Below, one piece after another: positions 30,930 to 40,299 of a DNA stretch of 64,000 nt. The notes below the pieces were generated by a model that did no database searches, was not told the DNA's origin, and worked only from the letters and a program-made list of their open reading frames with translations. Numbering within the stretch: the first letter of the stretch is position 1; every line of letters starts with the position of its first letter. The position numbers and the translations under genes are program-made. The DNA lies in assembly GCA_022840695.1 (NCBI GenBank), contig JALHDC010000003.1, positions 11,538 through 75,537 on the forward strand, given 5' to 3'. The stretch is from a bacterium. GTDB taxonomy: Bacteria > Patescibacteriota > Dojkabacteria > SC72.

Positions 30930-31016
30930 CGGAGAGGGTGGGATTCGAACCCACGGTACAGTAACCTGTACAACGGTTTTCAAGACCGTCCCATTCGACC
31001 ACTCTGGCACCTCTCC
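30930..31016 (-). tRNA. tRNA-Ser(TGA), CCA not encoded
   Basis: Acceptor stem GGAGAGG/CCTCTCC plus G, anticodon arm ACGGT-CTTGAAA-ACCGT, long variable arm, GGTTCGAATCC. Confidence 0.95.
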
Positions 31017-31076
31017 AAAAGCTTTAGAATTATATCAAAATTTGACTAATTAATATAACTAAAATATTATTATCCT

Positions 31077-32279
31077 ATGAAATCTGCCAATATATTTAGA
31101 GTATGGTTACTACTTTTTCCCCTGCTATTTTTTACTACCAATGCTCTAGCTAATGAATTAGATTCTACAAATTTTAAAATGATTGGAGTTTCTACATCTG
31201 GAGGTGGAGGTATAATGGAATCTACTAACTACTCCCTACTTTCCACAGCAGGACAGATAAGTGCAGATCCTAGAAATTACTCTACTAACTATCGTATTAA
31301 TCAAGATCCTTCAGCCAGATTTACTGCTGCACAGCCAGGAATTCAATGTTTTGAAACAACTACTAATGGAAGTACAGATTGTACATCTGGACCAACAGAA
31401 TTGCTAAGTGGAGGAATGGTTGCCATCTGTGGTCCTGATGGTTGCTATGACAAAGCTAGGTTTGAGATAGAGCCATATGTAAATCCAGTAGATACACTAT
31501 ATATGGTACAAATATCAACTGATAATTTTTCTTCTGATATTAAGTGTGTTGATGGTTCTGTATTTACACCAAAGACTTTAAGTAGTTGTGATATTAATGA
31601 TTTTAGAACTGAGGAGGATTGGGAGGATGAGGTTTTTAATATCAAAGGTTTGCAATCCAATACTCAGTATCATATTAGAATATCTGCATTGCATGGGGAT
31701 TTTAGCCAATCAGATTTTAGTATTGTAGAGAGTGCTACTACTGCACAAGGACTAATAGAGTTTGATATTGATATTGCAATATCAAGTGGAATAGATACTG
31801 AAACAACTCCCCCCTACTCTGTTACATTTTCCAGTGGTAGTGAATTAATTGCAGGAGCTGCAGCTTCCACAGCATCAAGTTTGATTTGGCTTGATGCTAG
31901 AAGTAGTTCCGCTGGAGGCATTGCTATAATACAGTTTGGTAAATATGGGGGTCTGTATAGCGCAACTACTACCGAAACTATCGAATCTGCAACTGAAAAT
32001 CTAGATACAACTGGAGCAGAGGGTTTTGGATTACAAAGTTATTATATAGATTATGAAAGTTCAGGTTACTTAGGAGAGATAACATCATCAACTGATTATG
32101 CAGGATCCAACAACGAGGTTGGAATTGTATCTACTACCGCCAACATGATTTACAATGGAGATGGCCCCATTAATGATGGACGAATGGGTATGTATGTTAA
32201 AGCAAGAGCAGGAGCTAGTAGAACAGCTTCTTCTGATTATTCTGAAGAAATCTATTTTGTTATAGTTCCGAGGTATTAA
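31077..32279 (+). CDS. Secreted Ser/Thr-rich beta protein with FN3-like segment and WxL-like C-terminus
   Basis: Signal peptide; GLQSNTQYHIRI (FN3-like); ends DYSEEIYFVIVPRY. Confidence 0.55.
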   Translation: MKSANIFRVWLLLFPLLFFTTNALANELDSTNFKMIGVSTSGGGGIMESTNYSLLSTAGQISADPRNYSTNYRINQDPSARFTAAQPGIQCFETTTNGSTDCTSGPTELLSGGMVAICGPDGCYDKARFEIEPYVNPVDTLYMVQISTDNFSSDIKCVDGSVFTPKTLSSCDINDFRTEEDWEDEVFNIKGLQSNTQYHIRISALHGDFSQSDFSIVESATTAQGLIEFDIDIAISSGIDTETTPPYSVTFSSGSELIAGAAASTASSLIWLDARSSSAGGIAIIQFGKYGGLYSATTTETIESATENLDTTGAEGFGLQSYYIDYESSGYLGEITSSTDYAGSNNEVGIVSTTANMIYNGDGPINDGRMGMYVKARAGASRTASSDYSEEIYFVIVPRY

Positions 32280-32352
32280 ATACAGCTCTTGACTTAATTA
32301 AAGAGCTAATATATCTTTTATTATTAATTAAGAACTTGGCTGCCCTACTTAA

Positions 32353-33486
32353 ATGAAACACCAAATAAAACTTGTTTCCGCCATAACAATAACTCTACTT
32401 GTTTCATTTTTTTTCTTAGTCTTGTTTCCAGGATTTAAATCTAATGCAGGAACATTGCCTGCTTTGTATTTTTACCTAAGTAGAATGAAGGCCGATTTGG
32501 CAGGAACAACAGGACAGGTAGTTGAATATGTTTTGGCATTTGAAGTTTCTCAGAGTTTTTCAGCAGATGGACAAGTGGAGATCACTTTCCCATTAGCAGA
32601 TAGTAGTGAATGGTGTAGAACAGCGGGAAATCTTATTGCTACTGGTGTAACAGCTTCTGCTCCAGACATGGCTACAACCGATTTTGATATTGATAGTGCA
32701 TTACCTGATACAGGAAGTGGCTTAGTGGCTGCTTGTACTCAGGGGAATGGAACAACTACGGTTGATACAATAACAATTACTGAGGTTGGAGCACTTTCCA
32801 TAGATACAACCTATGGTGTGAAGATAACTAATGGCTCATCAGCCGGTGTGTTGGGTACATCCTCTACAACTGGACATAGAACAATAACAGTTGAAATTTC
32901 AGAGGGTGTTACTATTGATTCGAAAGCATTTAATGTATACATCATAGCTAATGACCAAGTAGTTGTTTCTGCAACAGTATCTGGTGCACCATCTGTAACA
33001 TGCCAAATCAGTACTAATACAGTAAGTTTAGGAACACTCTATCCAGGAGGTTCTTTTGTCACTGCTACACATACAATTGGAACAAGCTCATCCAACAGTG
33101 GTTACTATTGGGCCGCTTATGGAGAAGGTGACGGATCAACAGATGCAGGTCTTTACAAACCTCCAGCATCACCATACTTAATAGCTTCAACGGGAAGTAC
33201 TACTATCGACCTTACTGGTGGTAATGCGGAAGGTTTTGGGATGACTGTTTCTGATCCTGACACTGCCGGAACAGCTGTAGTACCAACAGATTTCCAAACA
33301 GGAACTTTAGGTCAGTTTGGATCATTAGATAGGGCTGCTGCAGGTGCCAGATTAATTCTCTACCAGCCTGATGAGCAGGGAAGTAATGAAAACTCAACAA
33401 TTACTTACGGTGCCAGAGCAAGTTCTGCTGCAGTATCTGGTAGTTATCAGGAAACTGTAACATTCGTTTGTGGTGGTTATTATTAA
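32353..33486 (+). CDS. Secreted Thr/Gly-rich protein with WxL/pilin-like C-terminus
   Basis: Signal peptide; ends GSYQETVTFVCGGYY. Confidence 0.55.
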   Translation: MKHQIKLVSAITITLLVSFFFLVLFPGFKSNAGTLPALYFYLSRMKADLAGTTGQVVEYVLAFEVSQSFSADGQVEITFPLADSSEWCRTAGNLIATGVTASAPDMATTDFDIDSALPDTGSGLVAACTQGNGTTTVDTITITEVGALSIDTTYGVKITNGSSAGVLGTSSTTGHRTITVEISEGVTIDSKAFNVYIIANDQVVVSATVSGAPSVTCQISTNTVSLGTLYPGGSFVTATHTIGTSSSNSGYYWAAYGEGDGSTDAGLYKPPASPYLIASTGSTTIDLTGGNAEGFGMTVSDPDTAGTAVVPTDFQTGTLGQFGSLDRAAAGARLILYQPDEQGSNENSTITYGARASSAAVSGSYQETVTFVCGGYY

Positions 33487-33488
33487 TT

Positions 33489-34490
33489 ATGAAAAATCAA
33501 AACCTATATCCTGCCCCATGTTTTTACAAAAAAACTACCCTACTAGCAATCTTCCTCATTGCCTTTCTCTTTGTTTTTAAAACAAACACATTTGCACAGT
33601 CTTCCTTAACAATAGGAACATCTCCTTCTTCTGAAAAGCTTCAATTACAACCTGGAGAAACATATGAAGGAGAAATAGTTGTATGGAATCTATCTGACAA
33701 AACTACCACATATCAAATATACACAAGAGGATTTAGACAGGTAGAGAACCAACCTGGGACAGCAGTTATGCTTACAGAAGCAGAAGAAAGAAAAGCCCTC
33801 TACTCTGCTGCATCTTGGATTACTGTTAGTAAGACAGAGATAGAATTGATTCCGAATAAGAATGAAAAAATATTTTACAAAATCACTGTCCCTGAAGATA
33901 TTACCAAAGGAGAATATACTGCTATAGTTGCATTTATATCTGATACACAAGCCAAATCTCTAGGTACAACAGCTTTCACAAATCTTTCATCAGGAACACC
34001 ATTCTTAATTAAAATTGGTGATGAATTTGTAGAGAATGCTGAACTACTTAAATTTACATCAGATAAAAATTTCTATGAATTCCCTACCGTCACATTTGAA
34101 ACTAGGATAAAGAATTTGGGAGATACCCATATCTCTCCTGTTGGAGAAATCCTTCTTACAAACATATTCAATCAAGAAATTGGGAAAATAATATTCAATG
34201 CAAATGGACAGAGTATTCTACGAGATAATACGGGAAATTATGAAAGTGTATGGGATTTCGGATCTTTCCTAACAAATGATAATAAGCTCATACTAGGGCC
34301 AATAGATGCAAAATTAGTAGTAACCTATCGAAATTTTCAACCCGGTTTTGCTCCATTAGTAGCTGAAACTTCTTTCTGGATAATACCTTGGAAATACATA
34401 ATAATTGCTTTACTCATCATCATTACAATCATGATATTATTAAAGATGAGGAAGAATAGAAAAGAGCAACCTCAACCATTACCTAAGTAA
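33489..34490 (+). CDS. DUF916/DUF3324-like (WxL-interacting-type) protein, C-terminally anchored
   Basis: Signal peptide, L.PGET...V.N, ASWI, ITVPED...GEY, KNLGDTH..P.G, C-terminal TM with basic tail; ATG 33489 preferred. Confidence 0.6.
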   Translation: MKNQNLYPAPCFYKKTTLLAIFLIAFLFVFKTNTFAQSSLTIGTSPSSEKLQLQPGETYEGEIVVWNLSDKTTTYQIYTRGFRQVENQPGTAVMLTEAEERKALYSAASWITVSKTEIELIPNKNEKIFYKITVPEDITKGEYTAIVAFISDTQAKSLGTTAFTNLSSGTPFLIKIGDEFVENAELLKFTSDKNFYEFPTVTFETRIKNLGDTHISPVGEILLTNIFNQEIGKIIFNANGQSILRDNTGNYESVWDFGSFLTNDNKLILGPIDAKLVVTYRNFQPGFAPLVAETSFWIIPWKYIIIALLIIITIMILLKMRKNRKEQPQPLPK

Positions 34491-34497
34491 AAAGTAA

Positions 34498-35418
34498 ATG
34501 TTTTTAAAGAAAATCTTTCTAACAATATGCTTTGTTTTGTTGTTTCTAATACCTTCGATGCAGAAAGCACTTGCTAATACAGTTTTTCCATACAAAGTAG
34601 AACGAATTATCTCAAATCAGGAAAGAACAAAAGAAACTGTTTCTTTTAGAAATGACGAAAGAAAAGACATCTATGTATCACCCTTAGTATATTCATACAA
34701 CCCCCAAACATTAGAAATTACTACAACACAAAGCTATATCTTTGTGAGGGCAGATATTGATATATTTAAAGTAGAACCAAATGAAGTTCTAACATTGAAT
34801 TACGAGATTGTACCACCACTTAACATAGAGCCTGGTACATATTTTAATTTAATTGTATTTAGGACAGAACAAGAAAATTCCTTTATACAAGAAGACAATC
34901 CCGTTGGAGTAACGAATAATCTGTCTCACCTTGTTGTATTACATGTAACCGACTCTGAAAGTGCAGTATATGGAATAACTACTGAATTTGCACAAATTAG
35001 CTTAGAAATAGTAGAGAAAGGAATACCATTTATTAGACCAACTAGAGTTAAATATGTTTATCAAAATATAACAAACTATGTGCTTAATCCTAAGGGGGAG
35101 ATACAGATATTTAGTAAAAAGGGAAAATACGCACCGATATATATAAAAATTAATTCAAAAGAAGAAAAGCTATACCCTGGGGGGATCATAGAAGAAGAAT
35201 TTGAAATAGACAGATATGATATTACAGATATATATACAGAAAGGACTATAATTGGAAGATTTTACAATGGTATAGATGAAAATATTATTCTCAAAGAAAC
35301 AACTTTAGAGGTAAACTATACGATATTAGCACTTGGAACAATTACATTGATTGCACTGATTGTTTTAGTAAAAGCTATAGTACAAGATAGGAAGAGATCT
35401 AAAAAGAAGTCTGCATAA
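34498..35418 (+). CDS. Second DUF916-like two-domain protein with C-terminal TM
   Basis: Signal peptide, PP..EPGTY, QNITNYVLNPKGEI, YPGG, C-terminal TM; paralogous layout to the upstream gene. Confidence 0.5.
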   Translation: MFLKKIFLTICFVLLFLIPSMQKALANTVFPYKVERIISNQERTKETVSFRNDERKDIYVSPLVYSYNPQTLEITTTQSYIFVRADIDIFKVEPNEVLTLNYEIVPPLNIEPGTYFNLIVFRTEQENSFIQEDNPVGVTNNLSHLVVLHVTDSESAVYGITTEFAQISLEIVEKGIPFIRPTRVKYVYQNITNYVLNPKGEIQIFSKKGKYAPIYIKINSKEEKLYPGGIIEEEFEIDRYDITDIYTERTIIGRFYNGIDENIILKETTLEVNYTILALGTITLIALIVLVKAIVQDRKRSKKKSA

Positions 35419-36289
35419 CTTTCTTTGTTGTCTTGAAGCTAATCTTTGCTACACTCTCCAACTCTTTGCTTCCATACTTTTTTACAAATTCTTGGGCAGA
35501 GGATATTACATTTGAAGCACCTTTAGGAAAATTGAAATAATATCTTTTATTCAATTTTTCCATTTCTTCTAAGAATATTCCCCTGGCTATGATAGATGCT
35601 GCGGCTACTGCCAAATCACTCTCTCCCTTATGAAATTGTACAAACTCTATTTCTTTTGCTAATGGACCTAATTCATCTATTACCCTACTCTCTTTTGAGG
35701 AGAATTGGTCTATTACTACCTTCTTACACTCAATATTTTTATTCTTAAGATCATTTAAACCCATTTCTATGACTTTAGAGTGTTGTTTAGCAAGCATAAT
35801 TGCCACATTCTTTAGCTCTTTATACTGCCTATTATATTCAGAAGGATCTAGCACAGAATGATAGCAATATTTATAGCTCTTTAGTTTCTCATACATTTTT
35901 CTAATACTGTTATCCGAAAACTTCTTTGAATCCCCTATTCCCAAAATAGAGAATTCTCTTAAGAAATCGGTATTAACAAAACAAGATACGACAATTAAAG
36001 GTCCGAAATAATCTCCTTTCCCTACCTCATCTACACCCAAATGAGATTCTATCGTTAACTCTTCATCTCCCTTTATATTATTTACTAATATATTGAAATC
36101 TTCATTTCCCTGAAAAACAACTTTCATACTAGTATAGAGGTTGCAAACGGAACCTTTTTGATTTTTCATTCTTAAGGAAATATATTCATTGTTTATACTA
36201 TCCTCAAACCAACCACTTCCTACTAGAATATCCTTTAGTCTATCCGCTTGATCTTTCGTTAATTGTAAGGAGACAGTGTTTTGACTCAT
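35399..36289 (-). CDS. rnhC: Ribonuclease HIII
   Basis: TBP-like N-domain (LYTSMKVVFQG), GVDEVGKGDYFGP, DSKK, IDQF, VAAASIIAR. Confidence 0.92.
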   Translation of the reverse strand: MSQNTVSLQLTKDQADRLKDILVGSGWFEDSINNEYISLRMKNQKGSVCNLYTSMKVVFQGNEDFNILVNNIKGDEELTIESHLGVDEVGKGDYFGPLIVVSCFVNTDFLREFSILGIGDSKKFSDNSIRKMYEKLKSYKYCYHSVLDPSEYNRQYKELKNVAIMLAKQHSKVIEMGLNDLKNKNIECKKVVIDQFSSKESRVIDELGPLAKEIEFVQFHKGESDLAVAAASIIARGIFLEEMEKLNKRYYFNFPKGASNVISSAQEFVKKYGSKELESVAKISFKTTKKVMQTSF

Positions 36290-37731
36290 AATTTCTCTAT
36301 TTGTTGTCCTTCTGAGGTATCTTTCACAATATATCCCAACTTAGAGATTTCATCTCTTAGATTATCTGATTCTTCAAAGTTTCTCTCATTTCTAACCTTT
36401 TGTCTTAAATCAAGTAATTCTTTTACTTGTGAAGGTATTTCTATGGGATCTTCATTCACTTTATCCAAATCTAGACCTAACACTCTATCGAAATCTAATA
36501 CTGTAGCCAGAATATCTTCTTTTGGATTATCTGACTTAAGCAATTCATTGAGTATTGATAATACTTCTGACATATTTAGATTATCTTCTAAAGCTTTCTT
36601 GAACCTTTCTACATATTCTTGTATTAGATTACCTTTTTCTTTACCTAGTTCTTTTACCTTTCTAGTAATCGCTAATCTAGCATTCCTAGAACCTTCTAAA
36701 GATTCTACAGAGAATTGAATTCGAGTTCTGTAATTAATTGAGAGGAGTAGATATCTAACATCCATAGCATCAAATCCTAACTCAATCAATGTTGGAAGAT
36801 ATGGAGCATTACCACTACTTTTAGATAATTTCCCGTCATCCTTATTTACCAACCATTCATTATGTACCCAATATTTAACAACTGGATGTCCAAAAGCTCC
36901 AATATTCTGGGCTCTTTCATTCGTATGGTGAACAGGAATATGATCAACTCCACCAGTATGAATATCAAACCTCTCGCCCAGTTTAGCTGTACCCATTGCA
37001 GTACATTCAATGTGCCATCCAGGGAAGCCAACTCCCCAAGGAGATTCCCAATTCATTAGATGATTTTCATACTTGCCTGTCTTTTTCATCCAAAGAACAA
37101 AATCAGCAGGATTTTTCTTGTCCATATCAACCTCAACTTCTTCCCTTACCCCAACTTCTTTTTCATCCAGGTTTTGACCAGTAAAAATACTGTATTCGGA
37201 TATCTTTGTTACATCAAAATACAAAGCTTGTTCTGTTTCGTATGTATATCCATTAGCTTCTATTTTCTTAATAACCTCTATCATTTCTTCCACATACTCT
37301 GTAGCTCTTGTAAAACCTAATTCCTCAACACCTTCATGTGTTAAATCCTTAGGAATTACTTGACCATTTGGAGCTAAAATATTTAAAGCTCTAAAATCGT
37401 CTAAAACTGTATCTATATATTTATTTGCTATATCTATTGGCTGTACTCCCTCCCTTTCAGCCTGTTTGTCCATTCTATCTTCTCCAAAATCACTACCAAA
37501 ATCATCCAAGGAGGTCATATGTCCAACATCTGTTATATTCATTATTCTCTTAACACCGTAACCTAGGTAAAGAAGAGATCTATGGAAAACATCCCAATTT
37601 ACATATGCACGAATATTTCCTATCTGCATTCTGTAATATACTGTTGGTCCACAACTATATATAGATATTTGACCCTCTTTTAATGGTTCTATCTCTACTA
37701 TCTTTCTATCCAATGTTGAGTATAGTTTCAT
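36286..37731 (-). CDS. cysS: Cysteine--tRNA ligase
   Basis: CGPTVY, QIGN (HIGH variant), PGWHIEC, GGVDH...HHTNE, KLSKS. Confidence 0.95.
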   Translation of the reverse strand: MKLYSTLDRKIVEIEPLKEGQISIYSCGPTVYYRMQIGNIRAYVNWDVFHRSLLYLGYGVKRIMNITDVGHMTSLDDFGSDFGEDRMDKQAEREGVQPIDIANKYIDTVLDDFRALNILAPNGQVIPKDLTHEGVEELGFTRATEYVEEMIEVIKKIEANGYTYETEQALYFDVTKISEYSIFTGQNLDEKEVGVREEVEVDMDKKNPADFVLWMKKTGKYENHLMNWESPWGVGFPGWHIECTAMGTAKLGERFDIHTGGVDHIPVHHTNERAQNIGAFGHPVVKYWVHNEWLVNKDDGKLSKSSGNAPYLPTLIELGFDAMDVRYLLLSINYRTRIQFSVESLEGSRNARLAITRKVKELGKEKGNLIQEYVERFKKALEDNLNMSEVLSILNELLKSDNPKEDILATVLDFDRVLGLDLDKVNEDPIEIPSQVKELLDLRQKVRNERNFEESDNLRDEISKLGYIVKDTSEGQQIEKL

Positions 37732-38354
37732 TATATATCTCTCCTTCCTTCTAATGCTTTCTTTAATGTTAATCTATCTGCATATTCTAAATCAGCACCT
37801 GTGGGAAGTCCCATTGCCAATCTAGTTATTTTTATTTTACCCTCTTTTAGCAAATTCTTAAACAGATCAATTATATAACTAGCTGTGGCTTCACCCTCTA
37901 GACTTGGGTTAGTAGCAACGATGATTTCTACTATATCTTTGTCTTTCAGAAGTTCCTTAACCCTACCCTCTAACTCTTTAAACCTCAATTCATCCTCTCC
38001 TACACCCTCCGCTGGAGATATTACTCCACCTAATACAAAGTACAAACCATCATATACTGCAGAGTTCTCAAAAGCTACAACATCTAAAGGCTCTTCAACT
38101 ATACATAGTTTATCCTTCTTTCTTAAGGGACTACTACATAGGTCACACTCCTCCTTGTCTGTAACATTAAAACAACTTTTACAATTCTTAACACTCTCGT
38201 CCATATCCTTAAGAGCATTGGCTAATTTAGTAGCATCTCCATTAGGAGATCTAAGATAGTGATATGCCATTCTGGAAGCTGACTTAGGGCCCACACCAGG
38301 TAATCTACTGAACTCCTCTATTACTTGTTCAACACTCCTAGGTAATACTGACAT
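37731..38354 (-). CDS. recR: Recombination protein RecR
   Basis: LPGVGPKSA, C4 zinc finger, Toprim ATNPSLEGEAT. Confidence 0.96.
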   Translation of the reverse strand: MSVLPRSVEQVIEEFSRLPGVGPKSASRMAYHYLRSPNGDATKLANALKDMDESVKNCKSCFNVTDKEECDLCSSPLRKKDKLCIVEEPLDVVAFENSAVYDGLYFVLGGVISPAEGVGEDELRFKELEGRVKELLKDKDIVEIIVATNPSLEGEATASYIIDLFKNLLKEGKIKITRLAMGLPTGADLEYADRLTLKKALEGRRDI

Positions 38355-38355
38355 T

Positions 38356-38658
38356 CTACTTAAACATACTCTTTAATTGGTCTATATCCATATCCTGAAC
38401 CATTTCTTTTTGAAGCTTCTTTTGATAGTCTTTAAAAGCCTCTTTAAAACCCTTCTTTATTGCATCTTCCATATCTGGAGAAAGATACTCTTCATCTATA
38501 TGGACATCTTCAAATTCTTGAGCAGCATTCATATATATTTTAACCATACCATTCTTAGATTCCCCTTTTATTTTTCTTTCTCTTAGCTTATTCTGAAGCT
38601 TTTTAGCTTCACTTTGCATTTTTAATATTTCTACAGGATTTATCATTGTAATATACAA
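38356..38658 (-). CDS. ybaB: YbaB/EbfC nucleoid-associated protein
   Basis: Lies between dnaX and recR; QSEAKKLQ...GES.NG.VKI. Confidence 0.8.
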   Translation of the reverse strand: MYITMINPVEILKMQSEAKKLQNKLRERKIKGESKNGMVKIYMNAAQEFEDVHIDEEYLSPDMEDAIKKGFKEAFKDYQKKLQKEMVQDMDIDQLKSMFK

Positions 38659-38701
38659 AAAAGTTAATTAATGAGTACTATTATATCCTAAATTGGAGAT
38701 T

Positions 38702-40258
38702 CTACATACCTTCAAATATTGCTTCTATATTTGTAGATATCTTCTTTTCTTCCTTTTTCTCTTTCTTTTTAATGATTGGAAGATTCCTTAAGACAAAATC
38801 TGCTTCTGATTTATTCTTTGGTTTTATACTTGCATTAACTACACAAGATATTCTACAGGCAGTACCATACACCTTTTGAAAAGTTTGAGATATGGCATTC
38901 CTACTAGTTGGAACCTCCATTCTCTCTTTATGAAATTGAAATGGAACCTCTACATACAAAGTACCTTTATCAAAATTTTTAATATCTGCACTCCCTAAGA
39001 ATGCATATAAATGACCATTAAATGGTTTTATTTCATTAACAAATTCCTCCCACTTCTCTTTTATTTCATTAATTGGAATATCTTTACACTCACTCTCAGC
39101 TATCTGAACCTCTTCCTCTTTCTTCTCTTCCTTTTCTTCCCCTTTTGGAATTCGATTTTTGACATCTCTATTTACAATCTCTACCTCTTGTCCAACATCT
39201 GCTTTCATCATTTCAGGAATTATCATCTCTATTACCAAAGCTTGATTGGTGGCATATCGTATTCTATTCTCAGCTTCCAAAAAGAGATTAATCAATCTAT
39301 GAACTAACTTAATATCTAAATCATTAGCAAACTCATACTTATCATCTAACTTCCCCCTTATTTTCCCAACTAATACTTCTCTTAAAATATCTAAAACATA
39401 ACCTGTGAATTGTTGTAAATTAACACCTTTGTTCTCTAAATCTACCACAATATCTAAAGCCTTACTCCCGTGTCCCTCTACTAAGTTCTTTAGTAGATGA
39501 ATCACACTATCAAAATCTGGTAATCCTAAAACCTTCCTAGCCTCATCAGTAGTTATTTCCGACTTTCCCCTTTCTTGTCCAGTATACACAACATCTAATG
39601 TAGAGAGAGCATCTCTATAGCTTCCCTTAGCATTTTGGACAACAATATCCAAAGCATCCTGATGTATATTTATCTTCTCCTTCTTTGTAATTTCTTTTAC
39701 AAAATCTTTTACCTCTTTTTCTGTTCCTAATCTAAAATCATATCTCTGACACCTAGAAAGAATCGTGGGAGGTAACTTATGAACATCTGTAGTAGCGAGG
39801 ATGAAAATTACATGTGCTGGAGGCTCCTCTAGAGTCTTTAAAAGAGCATTGAATGCCTCAGTGGTCAACATATGTACCTCATCGATGATATATACCTTAA
39901 ACTTGCCCTCAGAGGGCGAAAACTCTATCTTCTCTTTTAATTCTCTAATCTGATCAATACCTCTGTTTGATGCGGCATCTATCTCAATTAAATCCATGAA
40001 TCTACCGGTTGTTATACTAGTACAGTATTCACATTCATTACATGGATTACCATCAGCCTTTGGCTTTTTACAATTAACAGCCTTAGCTAATATTCTTGCA
40101 GTTGATGTCTTTCCTGTCCCTCTTGAACCTACAAAAAGATATGCTTGAGATATCTGATTACCTTTTACAGCATTCTTTAGAAGCTTAGTGACATGATCTT
40201 GTCCTTTAATTTCATCAAAGTCCATAGATCTATATTTTTGGTATAGGACTGAAGGCAT
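38702..40258 (-). CDS. dnaX: DNA polymerase III subunit gamma/tau
   Basis: GSRGTGKTS, EIDAASNRG, IDEVHML, LLKTLEEPP, SRCQ. Confidence 0.97.
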   Translation of the reverse strand: MPSVLYQKYRSMDFDEIKGQDHVTKLLKNAVKGNQISQAYLFVGSRGTGKTSTARILAKAVNCKKPKADGNPCNECEYCTSITTGRFMDLIEIDAASNRGIDQIRELKEKIEFSPSEGKFKVYIIDEVHMLTTEAFNALLKTLEEPPAHVIFILATTDVHKLPPTILSRCQRYDFRLGTEKEVKDFVKEITKKEKINIHQDALDIVVQNAKGSYRDALSTLDVVYTGQERGKSEITTDEARKVLGLPDFDSVIHLLKNLVEGHGSKALDIVVDLENKGVNLQQFTGYVLDILREVLVGKIRGKLDDKYEFANDLDIKLVHRLINLFLEAENRIRYATNQALVIEMIIPEMMKADVGQEVEIVNRDVKNRIPKGEEKEEKKEEEVQIAESECKDIPINEIKEKWEEFVNEIKPFNGHLYAFLGSADIKNFDKGTLYVEVPFQFHKERMEVPTSRNAISQTFQKVYGTACRISCVVNASIKPKNKSEADFVLRNLPIIKKKEKKEEKKISTNIEAIFEGM

Positions 40259-40299
40259 GGTATATACTAGGACAAAGTTAATAACTTGCCAAGTGAAAA

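Noticed and set aside
30826-31053. 75-aa plus-strand ORF
   Set aside because: It is antisense to tRNA-Ser; GEGGIRTHG is a typical tRNA shadow translation.
25513-32352. CTGCCCTA just upstream of two start codons (25512 and 32353) as an alternative ribosome-binding motif
   Set aside because: There are too few occurrences and the spacing is inconsistent, so it cannot be distinguished from chance.
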